Both the position numbers and the translations under genes were made by a program. The notes beneath the pieces are model-generated. The model had not been told where the DNA came from. It was given only the letters and a program-made list of their open reading frames with translations, and did no database searches. A DNA stretch of 64,000 bases from the NCBI RefSeq assembly GCF_028641065.1, contig NC_073410.1, forward strand, positions 310,001 through 374,000, given 5' to 3'. Shown here in pieces: positions 51,409 through 63,220 of this stretch. Position 1 is the first letter of the stretch; every line of letters begins with the position of its first letter. The DNA comes from Leucoraja erinacea. Its lineage: Eukaryota.

Positions 51409-52129
51409 GTAAGCATTACATAATGTGATGATAAAGTATATGCAAGTGAGTAGGAGGCATGCTGGAGTTATTGGGGAACGTGGGTTACCTCATCAAAATG
51501 AAGCACCTGTGGTTTGGGCTCCTGAAGCATCCTGGCAAATCTGTTCCCAGCAGGCTCTGATTTTTTTTGTAGCTTTTCAATCTCTAATCTATTAAATCAT
51601 TGTAGAATTGTACAGCATGTCAGCTCAATCCATTCTTACAGACCAAGGTTCAATGCTAGTCCCATTTGTCCATATTTGATCCATACCCCTCTAAATCTAT
51701 ATTTTCCATGAACCTGTCCTAGTGTCTTTAAATATTATTGTACCTGTGTCAACCACTTTGTCTGGAAGCTCTTTCCATATAACACCCTCTGTGTGCATTT
51801 TATGTAAACTAAATTAATGTTAAATGCATTTCTCTTGCAATTCTCTCCCTGTTTTACAACGGTATGCAGACAGAAAGCATGCCTGTAATCAGTGTATTTA
51901 ATTTCTCCATATTTGTATAAGCTGCTGTTCTGCAGAGTGATGTGGAGTGACTGGGCACTCTTCACCTGCTGCTCTGACAATCACAGTCCTAATCATTGCT
52001 TCCTGTCTGGTGATTTGCTAAACCCAAGCCAGGCACCATTTGGTGAGCACTGTTTCGTGCAGTGGGGATCAGACTGCTTCTCTCATTTTTACAATGCCAA
52101 AGCCGCACTGCGGATCTTTGGAAATTAAA

Positions 52130-52392
52130 GCTTAGTTTAGTTTAGAGATGCAGTATGGAACCGGGTTCTTATGCCCAACAAGTCTATGCCAACTGTTCAC
52201 ACTAGTTCTAGGTGATCCCACTTTTTCATCCGCTTCCTACACATTTGTGGCAATTTACAAACCTGCAGGTCTTTGGGATGTGGGAGGAAACCCTCGTGGT
52301 CAGAAGGAGAACGTGCAAACTCCATACAGACAGCACCAGATGTCAGGATCGAACCTGGGTCTGGTGCTGTGAGGCAGCAGCTCTAACAGCTT
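52130..52392 (-). mobile_element. V-SINE on the minus strand
   Basis: GGAGAACGTGCAAACTCCATACAGACAGCACC core; TTTAGTTTAGAGAT tail. Confidence 0.8.
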
Positions 52393-52861
52393 GACCACTG
52401 TTCTGCCCTGGCAATTTTCCAGATTTCCTACATTTTGGTCTTTTGCATTCCAAAAAGCATTTGAGAATCGACTGTGTTTTTGGTGGTTATACATGTCTGT
52501 TCACAACAGATGATGAACCTTGTGCATTCGTATTCTGGCCGCTAATTTTCAGGAAGTCGATGTTCGAATGTTTAGTGGGGGACCATTTGTGAAAATTATG
52601 GAACATTTGCATGTTAAAAAAGATGTACATGGAAAATATATTGGATACATATTGTTAAATATCTATTATGCCCTTTTGAAATTCTCCTGTCCTAAGAGCA
52701 AACTATGAAATACCACAAAAACCATAAAGGACACGCATTGGAATTTCAAGGACCATGTGACTAGCGCTGGTAATCATGTGCATAAAACTCTGAAGCTTCA
52801 AAGTTTTAAGAGCTGTTGCATAGCTTGTAGCATTCAAAGGTACTAACTGCTTCCCAACAAT

Positions 52862-52970
52862 GGAAACCCTTCTTCAGACCAGAAGATGGGTTTCGGCCTG
52901 AAACGTTGCCTATTTCCTTCGCTCCATAGATGCTGCTGCACCCGCTGAGTTTTTCCAGCATTTTTGTGTA
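52862..52970 (+). mobile_element. Penelope-derived short element with 12-bp target-site duplication
   Basis: CTTCCCAACAAT at 52850-52861 and 52971-52982. Confidence 0.8.
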
Positions 52971-53784
52971 CTTCCCAACAATTCCTTTTATTGGTTACTG
53001 GTCAGTTTAAAAACTGAATGATGACTAAACTTAACTAACTTTAAATATGTCGTTGATGCAAAACTATTGGAAGCAAGTTAGTCAAATGGGTTTTATTACA
53101 AGACCTATATAATTCAGGATGATATCCTGGATTTACCTCTGTCAGGAAGCACGTGTGAACAGTGAAGTCCCAAGCTTCCTCAGAAGGGGTCACTGATGAT
53201 ATGCCAACAGCACTCCATTGGGCTTCAGTCAACATGCCTTGGGTTCAGTGAATCCATTCATTTCACGGGGTAGGAATAGCTAAGGGGCAACTTTCAGGTG
53301 ATGTGTCTTTTAAATTAATTGAGTTAGCTTTAATCTGTTTAATTGGCTTTGAGTGTTTAAATCAAATTATATTAGCTTTTACGTTTCTGAATGTTTAACT
53401 GGTAGATATTCCCAAACTATCTGTTTAACAGTAATATCTGGAGACATTCCAAATGCTGGCTAAAGGCTCTACGTTGCCGAATTATTGAGTTAGGGTGTCT
53501 GCCTGTGGCTGTCTGTGGGTCAGTCGGTGTGTGTGTGTGTGTGTTCCCGGAGATTTCCATGCCAGTATATAGTTGTTAACTGGCAACCTTTTGAGTTGCA
53601 TATCAACAACAGGCAATGATGTCACCAACCTGGGATGTCCAATTCTGTGAGGTGGTACATTGTGTTAATTTGTATGGACTTTACCTGAACCGCTGTGTAG
53701 TACACAGATTAAACTTATTGTGGTTTTGTGGATCATACAATCAATGTTACCATTATTATGAATGGAGATTTTGCCTATCATCAG

Positions 53785-54340
53785 TTTTAGTTTAGTTTAT
53801 TGTCACGTGTTCCGAGGTACAATGAAAAGCTTTTGTTGCATTATAACCAGTCAGCAGAAAGACAATACATGATTACAACCAACCAATTTACAGTGTATAG
53901 ATTCATGATAAGGGAATAAAGTGTAGTGCAAGGTAAAGCCAGGGATGTCCGATCAAGGATAGTCCAAGGGTCATCAAAGAGTTAGATTGTAGTTCTGCAC
54001 TGCTCTCTGGTTGTAGTAGGATACTTCAGTTGCCTGATAACAGCTAGGTTGAAGCTGTTGGTGAGCGTTTTCACACCTATACTTTTTGCCTGATGGGAGA
54101 AGGAAGATGAGGGAGTGGCCAGGGTGCGACTGGTCCTTGATTATGCTGCTAGCTTTGCCGAGGCAGCGTGAGGTATAAATCGAGTCAATAGAAGGGAGGT
54201 TGGTTTGTGTGATGGTCTGGGCTGTGTCAAAAATTTGCTACAATTTCTTGGGGTCTTGGATGGAGCTGTTCCCAAACCAAGCTGTGATGTATCCTGATAA
54301 AATACTTTCTATGGTGCATCTGTAGAAGTCTGTCAGAGTT
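53785..54340 (-). mobile_element. Degenerate LINE 3' end, probably Rex/Babar
   Basis: TTTAGTTTATTGTCAC tail; minus-strand similarity to Rex-type C-terminus. Confidence 0.55.
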
Positions 54341-55059
54341 CAGAGCCCATGAATGTAATTCATAGAAACATAGAAATTAGGTGCAGGAGTAGGCCATTCG
54401 GCCCTTCGAGTCTGCACCGCCATTCAATATGATCATGGCTGATCATCCAACTCAGTATCCCGTACCTGCCTTCTCTCCATACCCTCTGATCCCCTTAGCC
54501 ACAAGGGCCACATCTAACTCCCTCTTAAATATTCTGTTCCATTAAATTGAAATGAATGGGACAGTGATGAGTCATGAGAAGCTTGTGGACTGAATGCAGG
54601 TGTTTCAACCTAATGTTTGCCCGCCCTGTGAGTTATTTCGATCTTTCATAGAGATACTGCGTTAAAGTGAAAGAAGTGTAAGTGGGTTGCTAAACGTTTG
54701 GTCTGGCTGCTTGAAAGGGAAGATCTTTCACCAGTCATTGGAATTGGAGAACATGTTGCAGTGATTGAGGAGTATAGCGGAATTCCCAGGATTATTGAAG
54801 GTGGCATTTTGGAGAGGTGGGAAGGATGGATGAAGATATGTGTTCTACTGATGTGTCTGGAGCTGATCTGTATCCCGCTGTATATTGACAGCCTCATCAT
54901 TGTACACAGCTCTGCCAATTTTGATGTTGCCTGCAAACCTACTAATCAACCCATCTCCAGAGATACTGCCTGGCCCGCTGAGTTACTCCAGCTTTTTGTG
55001 TCTATCTACATTTATGTCTAAGTTGAGTATGTATATCACAAACAACAGATCTCGGCATA

Positions 55060-56190
55060 GATCCTTGGCCCTCCTGAGAGAGAATCCACAGAAAACAACA
55101 GGCCCAGATGACTTTCTCGGTTCTGAGCAGTCCCACTGGCGGGAGTATTCATGAATATCTTTCACCTTTTTCAACTCCAATCTTAGGTTCCCAGTTATTT
55201 TAAGAATACCACCATCATCCCAGTACCAACGAGAAGCAAGCCCACATACCTTAATGACCACCACCTGTTGGATCTAATATCTACCATCATGAAGTGCTTC
55301 GAGAGACTAGTCTTGGTGCATGTTAATTCCAGACTCCCTGACCAGTGTGATCAATTGCATATTAGCCTACCAGGCCGGTGGCATTTCCCTGGCCCTAAAC
55401 CTTGGAACATCTGGATAACACCTATGTCAGATTCTTATTTATTGTCTATAGGTCCACTTCAACATGATCATTCCAACCAAATTCATCTCCAAACTCCTGA
55501 ACCTTGGATTCAGCACGCTCCTCTGTAACTGGGTGCTTGACCTCTTGATCAAGGGGAGGTAAAACATATTTTTCCCAATAATTCTCAATACTGATGTCCT
55601 ACAAAGCTGCGTTCTCAGCACCTTATAATACTAATTATATACTTGGGTCTGTGTGGCATAATTCTATCCTAACTCCATTAAGTTGACACCACTATAATGA
55701 GCTGAATCTTAAACAATGATGAGTCAGGAAAGAGAAAGTTTCCTAGCATAGTGTCAAGACAACAACCTCTCCATCAATATCAGTAAAACTGACTTCAGGA
55801 AGCAGGGTGGAATATATGCCCCAGTTTGCATCAATGGCGCTGGTGGAGATGATCGAAAGCTTCAACTTCCTAAGTGTAAATATCACCAACAATTTGTCCT
55901 GATGCAACAGCTAAAGTACACTATTGACTATTGACTCTACTTCCTCAGAAAGCCAAGGACATTCAGCATGTATCCAATGACACAACAATTAATGTTGACG
56001 CACTGTAGAAAGCATCCTATCTGGAAGCATCTCGTCATACAGCATGGAAACAGCTTTCTGTGGCCTAACTGAAAGAGTAATACAGAAGTTCGGACTAATG
56101 ATCTGGAATTGTGGGTTCCTATCAGATTACAGCAATAGAGGAATCTTAAGTTCAGCCAGACATCATGTTTGGCACAAACATTGTGGGACA
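55060..56190 (+). mobile_element. Highly degenerate Rex/Babar RT fragment
   Basis: TIMKCFERLV and LCNWVLD motifs plus further RT remnants. Confidence 0.7.
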
Positions 56191-56762
56191 CATCCTGAGT
56201 GGCGACTACGGAGGGTCAGGGCCTCGACCACGGGTGAACAAGGGAGGAGGAGGAGGAGGACTGTCTGAACTGTATTGCCTTCCATCACAGTGAGGAATGC
56301 TGTGGTGGATGTCTGTGTTGAATTATGTTGTATATTATGTCCTTTTTAATTGTAACGCCGCATGGTAAATTAATTTCATTGCACATTATGGTGCATGTGA
56401 CAAATAAATTTGAACTTGAACTCTTGAAGCACTGTTCCATGTTCTATGAGTAGCCACAAAATATGACTGCATAATTCATTCATTTCACCATGATATCAGC
56501 ATTGTATGCTTAATCTAATCTTGTATGACACAGCAAAATCCTTTGCTGGAATTCTGAGTTCCCTTTCTGCTGCTGCTTCTGGCTTATCTCCAAATTCTAC
56601 TGTTGAACTGAAGCATCTGCATGGATTTCTCTGATGAAGTCCCTGAGGATAGGGATGTGTTCTGACCTTCAATTACTTCACTTCTGTTTTCTTTGTTAGT
56701 TAAAACTCATGGTAAAGTGGTGAATGGGGCTTGTACATGGAAAGTGTATTTCCTTTGGGCAC

Positions 56763-57001
56763 AAAAAAAGACACAAAGTGCTGGAGTAACTCCACGGGTC
56801 AGGCAGCATCTCTGGAGAATATGGACAGGTGATATTTTGGCTTGGACACTTCTTCAAACTGAAAAAATGGCCTGACCCAAAATATCGTGAGTCTGAAGAA
56901 GGGCCGGAGACATCTTCTCTAGAGATGCTGCCTGACCCATTGACTTATTCCAGCACTTTGTGTGTTTTTTTGTAAACCAACATCTGCAGTTTCTTGTGTC
57001 T
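56763..57001. mobile_element. Inverted (head-to-head) Penelope-derived element with 10-bp target-site duplication
   Basis: CTTTGGGCAC at 56753-56762 and 57002-57011; arms ACACAAAGTGCTGGA... and ...TCCAGCACTTTGTGT. Confidence 0.75.
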
Positions 57002-57132
57002 CTTTGGGCACGTTGTGCAACTAATCAATAACTTCCCAGTAAAGATCAAATGATGCCAAACACTGCATCTCCAGGTAGATACCTTTCTAAATACATTTAC
57101 ACGTTGTTGTGTTGTGTTGTTTCTGTTGACAG

Positions 57133-57228
57133 TGTTCCAAGGATTCCATGGGCTTTTGCGATGGCTGAGGTGTGTGGTGTTGTGCTTTGCATTATCTGGT
57201 TGTTACTGCTGCTACTTCACAAACACAG
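57133..57228 (+). CDS. SAMD8: SAMD8 coding exon 2
   Basis: VPRIPWAFAMAEVCG...LLLHKHR; AG/GT boundaries, 96 bp. Confidence 0.95.
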
Positions 57229-57868
57229 GTATGTGTGACAATTACATTTGGTGCTCGAGATTTAGAGCTCTCATTTAAAAAAACACAGCTTAATGTGACA
57301 AACTTAAACCATGTATTTTCACTGAAGATAGACACAAAAAGCCGGAGTTACTCAGGCAGCATTTCTGGAGAGATGGAATGGGTGGCGTTTCCTGTCAAGG
57401 CCCTTATTATTTTCCATTGCTTTGTGAGACTGAGGATATTAAAGAAACACCAAATAATCTTTGGAAAAGTATCCATTTTAATTCCAATGAAGCTCTAAAA
57501 CTTTATTCTTGCAAATGGAAGTGCCTGTTTATTTTCCAATGAAATGCAGATGTTTTGTTAGTTGACCAGCTGAGATTGTGCATTTTGCACTTGCTCTGTA
57601 GAGTGTTGAATAGTAATTTTCTGAAAATATTGCTTTGGATTTATTGTGTGAAACCAAACACTCCAACAATGCTTCTTAAAAACCACGTCATTGTATGTAA
57701 CCTGATGCCCTCTGTACTAAATTGTTTATCTCAACCAGGTACTGCTGAAGATTCCCTGCTGTATCTTTCAATCAATTCAATTCAATTGAACAAGAAGCTT
57801 TGAGTGTAATGATGAAATGGGAATGAATTACAAAGTGTAACGCTGATATTTGTTGGTGTTTTGGTTAG

Positions 57869-57986
57869 GTCCATCCTGCTTCGCCGCATGTGTAGTCTGA
57901 TGGGGACAGTGTTCTTGCTGCGCTGTGTAACTATGTTTGTCACCTCCCTCTCTGTACCTGGCCACCATCTACAGTGCTCTGGGAAG
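57869..57986 (+). CDS. SAMD8: SAMD8 coding exon 3
   Basis: [39 protein letters not shown]; 118 bp. Confidence 0.95.
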
Positions 57987-58397
57987 GTACGTTTGTACAA
58001 ATCATCCCGCCTCTCCTTGGGCTGGCCATGCATTATCTTGTTTTAAAGTCTGCTTTACTGTTTTTTTAAATTTAGCTTTTAAAACTGCAATTAATTTTGT
58101 TCACTACATTAATGGAAAGTTCACATTTCTACAATATTTGAAATGCTGAATGTGAAGAATAAAGTTTTGGGCATTCAAAAAAGAACAAATATTCCGAACA
58201 CTGATATACATGGAACAGGCACCTGCAGTTTGCTTGACGAATATTTAAAGCTCAGGTGTAAGTGGCCAGTCACCTCCTCTTTCCCCCCCCACTGCCCCGA
58301 CCCCCCCCCCCCCCCGCCCCTCTCTGGCCCTGCCCCCGCTCCCTCACCCCGCCCCTCCCTCACCCCGCCACTCCCCCCACATCATATTTATTTGACA

Positions 58398-58599
58398 AAC
58401 TCAGCGGGTGCAGCAGCATCTATGGAGCGAAGGAAATAGGCAACGTTTCGGGCCGAAACCCTTCTTCAGACCTTCTTCAGGTTTCGGCCCGAAACGTTGC
58501 CTATTTCCTTCGCTCCATAGATGCTGCTGCACCCGCTGAGTTTCTCCAGCTTTTTTGTGTACCTTCGATTCTCCAGCATCTGCAGTTCCTTCTTAAACA
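58398..58599. mobile_element. Palindromic Penelope-derived element with intact hammerhead motif (minus strand, ~58437-58473) and 15-bp target-site duplication
   Basis: CATATTTATTTGACA at 58383-58397 and 58600-58614; ~65-bp near-perfect inverted arms. Confidence 0.85.
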
Positions 58600-58973
58600 C
58601 ATATTTATTTGACACATTTGTTGTGATGCACTGGTATCATTTTTCATCTTCTCGTACAGGAAATGGGCATCATTGTTGAGGCCTGATTTACTGTGTTGCT
58701 AACTGCCCCGTGAGTGTCCCATAGTGCTGTCCCTCTGGTGTGTGATGATTCCCGCACTGATGAAGGTAGTGAACAGATGATGCTCGCGGGAATCTGGTAT
58801 TTTCAGTCACCACCTTTATTGCAGATGAATGAACTACATTTGAATCCCCCACTGCTGAAGTCCAGGCCTCTGTAAGATGACCACAACCATGTTACAGGCA
58901 TGTTAATAGTTCTGCTGCAACTCTGACAGGAAGCTCAGCCATCTTTGCTCAGCAAGTGTATTTTCTTTTTCAG

Positions 58974-59124
58974 TTGTATGGAGACCAGTGGGCCAAGTTC
59001 CAAAGAGCACTGGCGATTTGGAGTGGTTTTGGAATGACACTAACAGGTGTCCATACCTGTGGAGACTACATGTTCAGTGGCCACACTGTTGTCATCACCA
59101 TGCTCAACTTCTTTGTTACAGAAT
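58974..59124 (+). CDS. SAMD8: SAMD8 coding exon 4
   Basis: Hand translation [50 protein letters not shown] contains the SMS CGDxxxSGHT motif; 151 bp. Confidence 0.95.
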
Positions 59125-60339
59125 GTAAGCATTAAACTTCACCTTCATTAGGTCACTGTCAGACTCAAAGACCATTATAAGGAACGGGGAGTGATCACTG
59201 TCGCAGTGATTCACACTATTGTGCAAAACGCTTCCGTTTAAGTAGGAAGGTCACATGTTGGATTTGTGTCAATGACGAAAGATTCTTTAAAGAGACTCCA
59301 TAAAATGAGAACATAGAACAGTACAGCTTCCATAGGGGCCCTACGGCCCACAATGTTTGTGCTGAACTTGATGACAAGTTAAACTGATCTCAACTGCCTG
59401 TACTTGATCCATATCCCTCTCTTCTATGTGCCTATCTAAAATCCTCTTTATCATCGTGTGTTTATTGAACTATAGATATACTTCCCAGAATAAGAGAATT
59501 CTAACAGACCTTGTTGTCTGTAAATATTGGTATCCACCAATTGTAAGAGTTAAGACAGGATATGTTTCACGAGTTCCTGTGCAATAGTGGCAATAAAGTA
59601 TTTGTTTTGTCATATTCCCTGAATAAAATGAATACATTTGTCTATCAATTCATTTCTCAAAATTGTCCACAATCAAGTTTGGCAAATAAGAAGGTATGAA
59701 AGGAATGATTATGAAGCAGTTAGCTGGTGAAGTGGGAGGATGCTTGTGCAGTTCTAAACACACCACAAATCAGTGGTGACAACCTGAGCATATCCATGTA
59801 ACTTCTACCTAGTTATTGCAGAATCTGTCATATAGCTTGCTTTAGTTTGGTTGTCATCATTTTACTGAACCAATAAATCACGTTTGAACTCTCAAACATC
59901 AATTAGATTACAGTAATTCCAAGAACTGGGTGCAATGACTTGTCAGTGATTCACACTCGTGTGCAGGGGGAAGGTCACCAGTCAGTGGCATATACTGCAC
60001 TCAGCACTTCATTCTGTTGTTCTGTATGATTTATCAGGGAAGAAATTCTATAACATTTCTTGTTCTGTTGTTGCTGATTGAGACCAGGAGCCATGCAGTT
60101 GTGGACTTGGCTGCCTGTTGAAACTCTAACTGCCTTTGTCATATCGATATCTGTGGCTTTTACAAACATGATGTTAATGTATGGAATATGTCATCAGCTT
60201 TAAATTTGCAGTTTAGTTGCCTACTGCCCGGTTAAGCAAGTGCCCAATTAGCGCAGCAGAATCTCAGCATTTTGGAAAGTCTACATTTGACAATGCATGA
60301 CTTCATGAGATGGTAAACGTGAGGTTGGAGTGGGTTTGT

Positions 60340-61018
60340 CCCCTCAGTGGTATGGTGACGCCTATCGGCAGAGGTTCTACTACAGTCCGTCTGTCTTTTT
60401 TTATTTTTGTCTTGTTAAGTGTATGTCTTGACTCTAGTTTTTATTATTTTTCTTTAGCTGTGTATATGTGGGGGTTGGGGGGGGGTGGTGGGGGAAACCG
60501 TTAATCTCTTCCCTGTACGGGGACCCGACCTGACATCGCGTAGCTGGCCGACTTCGGAGCGGGGAGAGCTGTGGTGGCGCGCGGCTGCGACCCGACCGGA
60601 GCTTCGGAGATTCTGGCCGCAAGCCCTGTGGACGGTGACATCGGGAGCTCACAGGTCCTTGGTGGGAGACCGCTTTTTGGAGCTCCTGCAATGGCAACTT
60701 CTCCCACCGGAATCGCGGGGTTTAAAGGACACGGAGCGGGGCCCAACAGCGCCCACCGGGGGCTTTAACATCGGGAGCCCCAGTTCACCTCGACGCTGCA
60801 GTTGGACTGCTGGACTGCGGGAGAAGAACAAGAGAAGAGATAAGACTTTTGCCTTCCATCACAGTGAGGAGGTGTTTGAGATTCACTGTGATGGATGTTT
60901 ATGTAAACTGTGTTAAGTGTGGGTCTTGGGTTTTTTTGTAATGTAAGACTGTAGAAAATGCAATTTTGTTCAAACCAAGCTGTTTAAATGACAATAAAAG
61001 GCATACTATTCTATTCTC
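60340..61018 (+). mobile_element. Apparently non-coding ~680-bp CpG-rich interspersed element sharing the 3' stem-loop of 208-455
   Basis: GCCTTCCATCACAGTGAGGA block at 60851, AATAAA and (CTATT)n tail. Confidence 0.55.
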
Positions 61019-61725
61019 TGGAGTTGGGCCAGGATCTGATCCTAGAGTTGGTGATGGGAAAGTGCAGCGATGGGAAAGTTTTGTCACATTGAATGGCGGT
61101 GCTGGCTCGAAGGGCCGAATGGCCTACTCCTGCACCTATTGTCTATTTCTGTCCCAGTTTAGAGTGCAGGGACATTGTACCACCCTTGAATACAAATATT
61201 GAGGCACTTTTAATGAAGTAATTTTACTCTGCTTCTGAAAACCTACCAGTGTACGTTTTATATTTTTTTCAGCTGATCTTTGCATTCTGGTGTATGCACT
61301 CTGAATCCAATTGTAAATTCCTGCCTTGTAGGTTAAGGGAAAGTGCCCCCCCCCCCCCCCCCCCCCCCCGGTGCTGGGTAGATTAGGGCAGGTGGGGGTG
61401 TGAGTGATGTGAGAGTCCTGAAGCCGTTTAAACAGGCTGCAGTCGGTGGCTAAGAAATTGAAAAAGCACTTGTTGGGAAAATATTTACAGGGTTCTGAGA
61501 TAGGGTGAGATTGGACCAGGTGAGATAATTTAATGAACCACAAAGGCACTGAGAGTCTCCTCCGTTTGTGTAATTCGAGGTGCAGCTTAGTTTTTAGTTA
61601 CAGTCAATCATTCATGTAATTTTCCTACTATATTTGTTTCTGTTTTGGGGATACTAGTCTTGGTCACTGAGCTGAAACTGAAAACTCAACCTAACATGTA
61701 ACCTTTCCTTTGCACCCCCATTTAG

Positions 61726-62030
61726 ATACACCAAGAAGCTGGAACTTCTTGCACACCTTGTCTTGGGTAATGAACCTGTTTGGAATCTTCTTCATCCTTG
61801 CTGCACACGAACATTACTCAATCGATGTCTTCATTGCATTTTATATCACCACAAGGCTCTTTTTGTATTACCACACACTAGCCAACACTCGAGCTTATCA
61901 GCAGAGCCGAAGGGCACGCATTTGGTTTCCAATGTTTTCATTCTTTGAATGCAATGTCAACGGTGCAGTACCAAATGAATATAGTTGGCCACTTTCCAGA
62001 CCAAGATTATTGAAGAGATTAATTGGATAA
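61726..62030 (+). CDS. SAMD8: SAMD8 last coding exon (spliced CDS 1245 nt, 414 aa)
   Basis: [13 protein letters not shown]...[10 protein letters not shown]...KRLIG*; Glu before the catalytic His is the SMSr (CPE synthase) state, where SMS1/2 have Asp. Confidence 0.96.
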
Positions 62031-62479
62031 GTAGTAATCTGCCCTAACCAATTGGTTTGTTGGACAAACAAAAGATTATGGAAATAACTGGTTTTGTATA
62101 CAAGATGTGTGTAGCCAATACAAGCCAGATGTAAGTGTGAAGGGGCCAAGGCCTTGATAGTTGGCCGTATGTATGACTCATGGCAAGTCACTACTTGAAA
62201 TTGTGCTTTTCATTTGCTGCAATATGTCGACTCCAGCAGTTAGGAATCCTGTTTGTTGTGGGCAGGGAAGCAAGCCACCCCCCCCCCCCCCCCCCCCCCC
62301 CCCCGTAATGGGATCTGTGCCTGGCTGTGCAGGTTAGGCAGGGTTTCAGTGAGTGTATGATGTGGTTCATGGTGGTATCAGGCTTGGGTTTAGGGTGAAG
62401 GGTGGGCACAGTATCGGGTGGGAGTCAGGTCGGGTTTAGCGGTGGGGTCAGGTATGGTGTAGAGTGGGTGTCGAGCACA

Positions 62480-63220
62480 GTTTGGTGGGGTTAGGGTTAG
62501 GTTCAGGCACAGTTTAGAGGGTGGTAGGGCACTGTTGGGGTGGGGTTAGGGTTAGGTTCAGGCACAGTTTAGAGGGTGGTAGGGCACTGTTTGGGTGGGG
62601 TTAGGGTTAGGTTCAGGCAGGCACAGTTTAGAGGGTGGTGGGGCACTGTTGGGATTGGGTTAAGTTGGGCCAGGCATGGTTTAGAGGGTGGTAGGGCACT
62701 GTTGGGGTGGGGTTAGGGTTAGGCCAGGCACAGTTTAGAGGGTGTCGAGCACAGTTTGAGTGGGGTTAAGTTAGGCCAGGCATGGTTTAGAGGGTGTCGA
62801 GCACAGTTTGAGTGGGGTTAGGGTTAGGTTCAGGCACAGTTTAGAGGGTGGTAGGGCACTGTTGGGGGGGGGGTTAGGTTAGGCCAGGCACAGTTTAGAG
62901 GATGGTAGGGCACTGTTGGGGTGGGGTTAGGTTAGGCCAGGCCCAGGTTAGGATGGTCGGGCACTGTTGGGGTGGGTTTGGGGTTAGGCCAGGCACAGTT
63001 TAGGATGGTCGGGCACTGTTGGGGTGGGGTTGGGGTTAGGCCAGGCACAGTTTAGGATGGTCGGGCACTGTTGGGATGGGGTTGGGGTTAGGCCAGGCAC
63101 AGTTTAGAGGGTGGTAGGGCACTGTTGGGGTGGGGTTGGGGTTAGGCCAGGCACAGTTTAGAGGATGGTAGGGCACTGTTGGGGTGGGGTTGGGGTTAGG
63201 CCAGGCACAGTTTAGGATGG
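62480..63220. repeat. G-rich ~55-60 bp satellite containing TTAGGG-like motifs
   Basis: GGCACAGTTTAGAGGGTGGTAGGGCACTGTTGGGGTGGGGTTAGGGTTAGG units, about 13 copies with variants. Confidence 0.9.

Noticed and set aside
59200-59980. Short similarity CAGTGATTCACACT..TGTGCA...GGAAGGTCAC at ~59204 and ~59944
   Set aside because: Too short to interpret; no snoRNA box pair or element structure recognised
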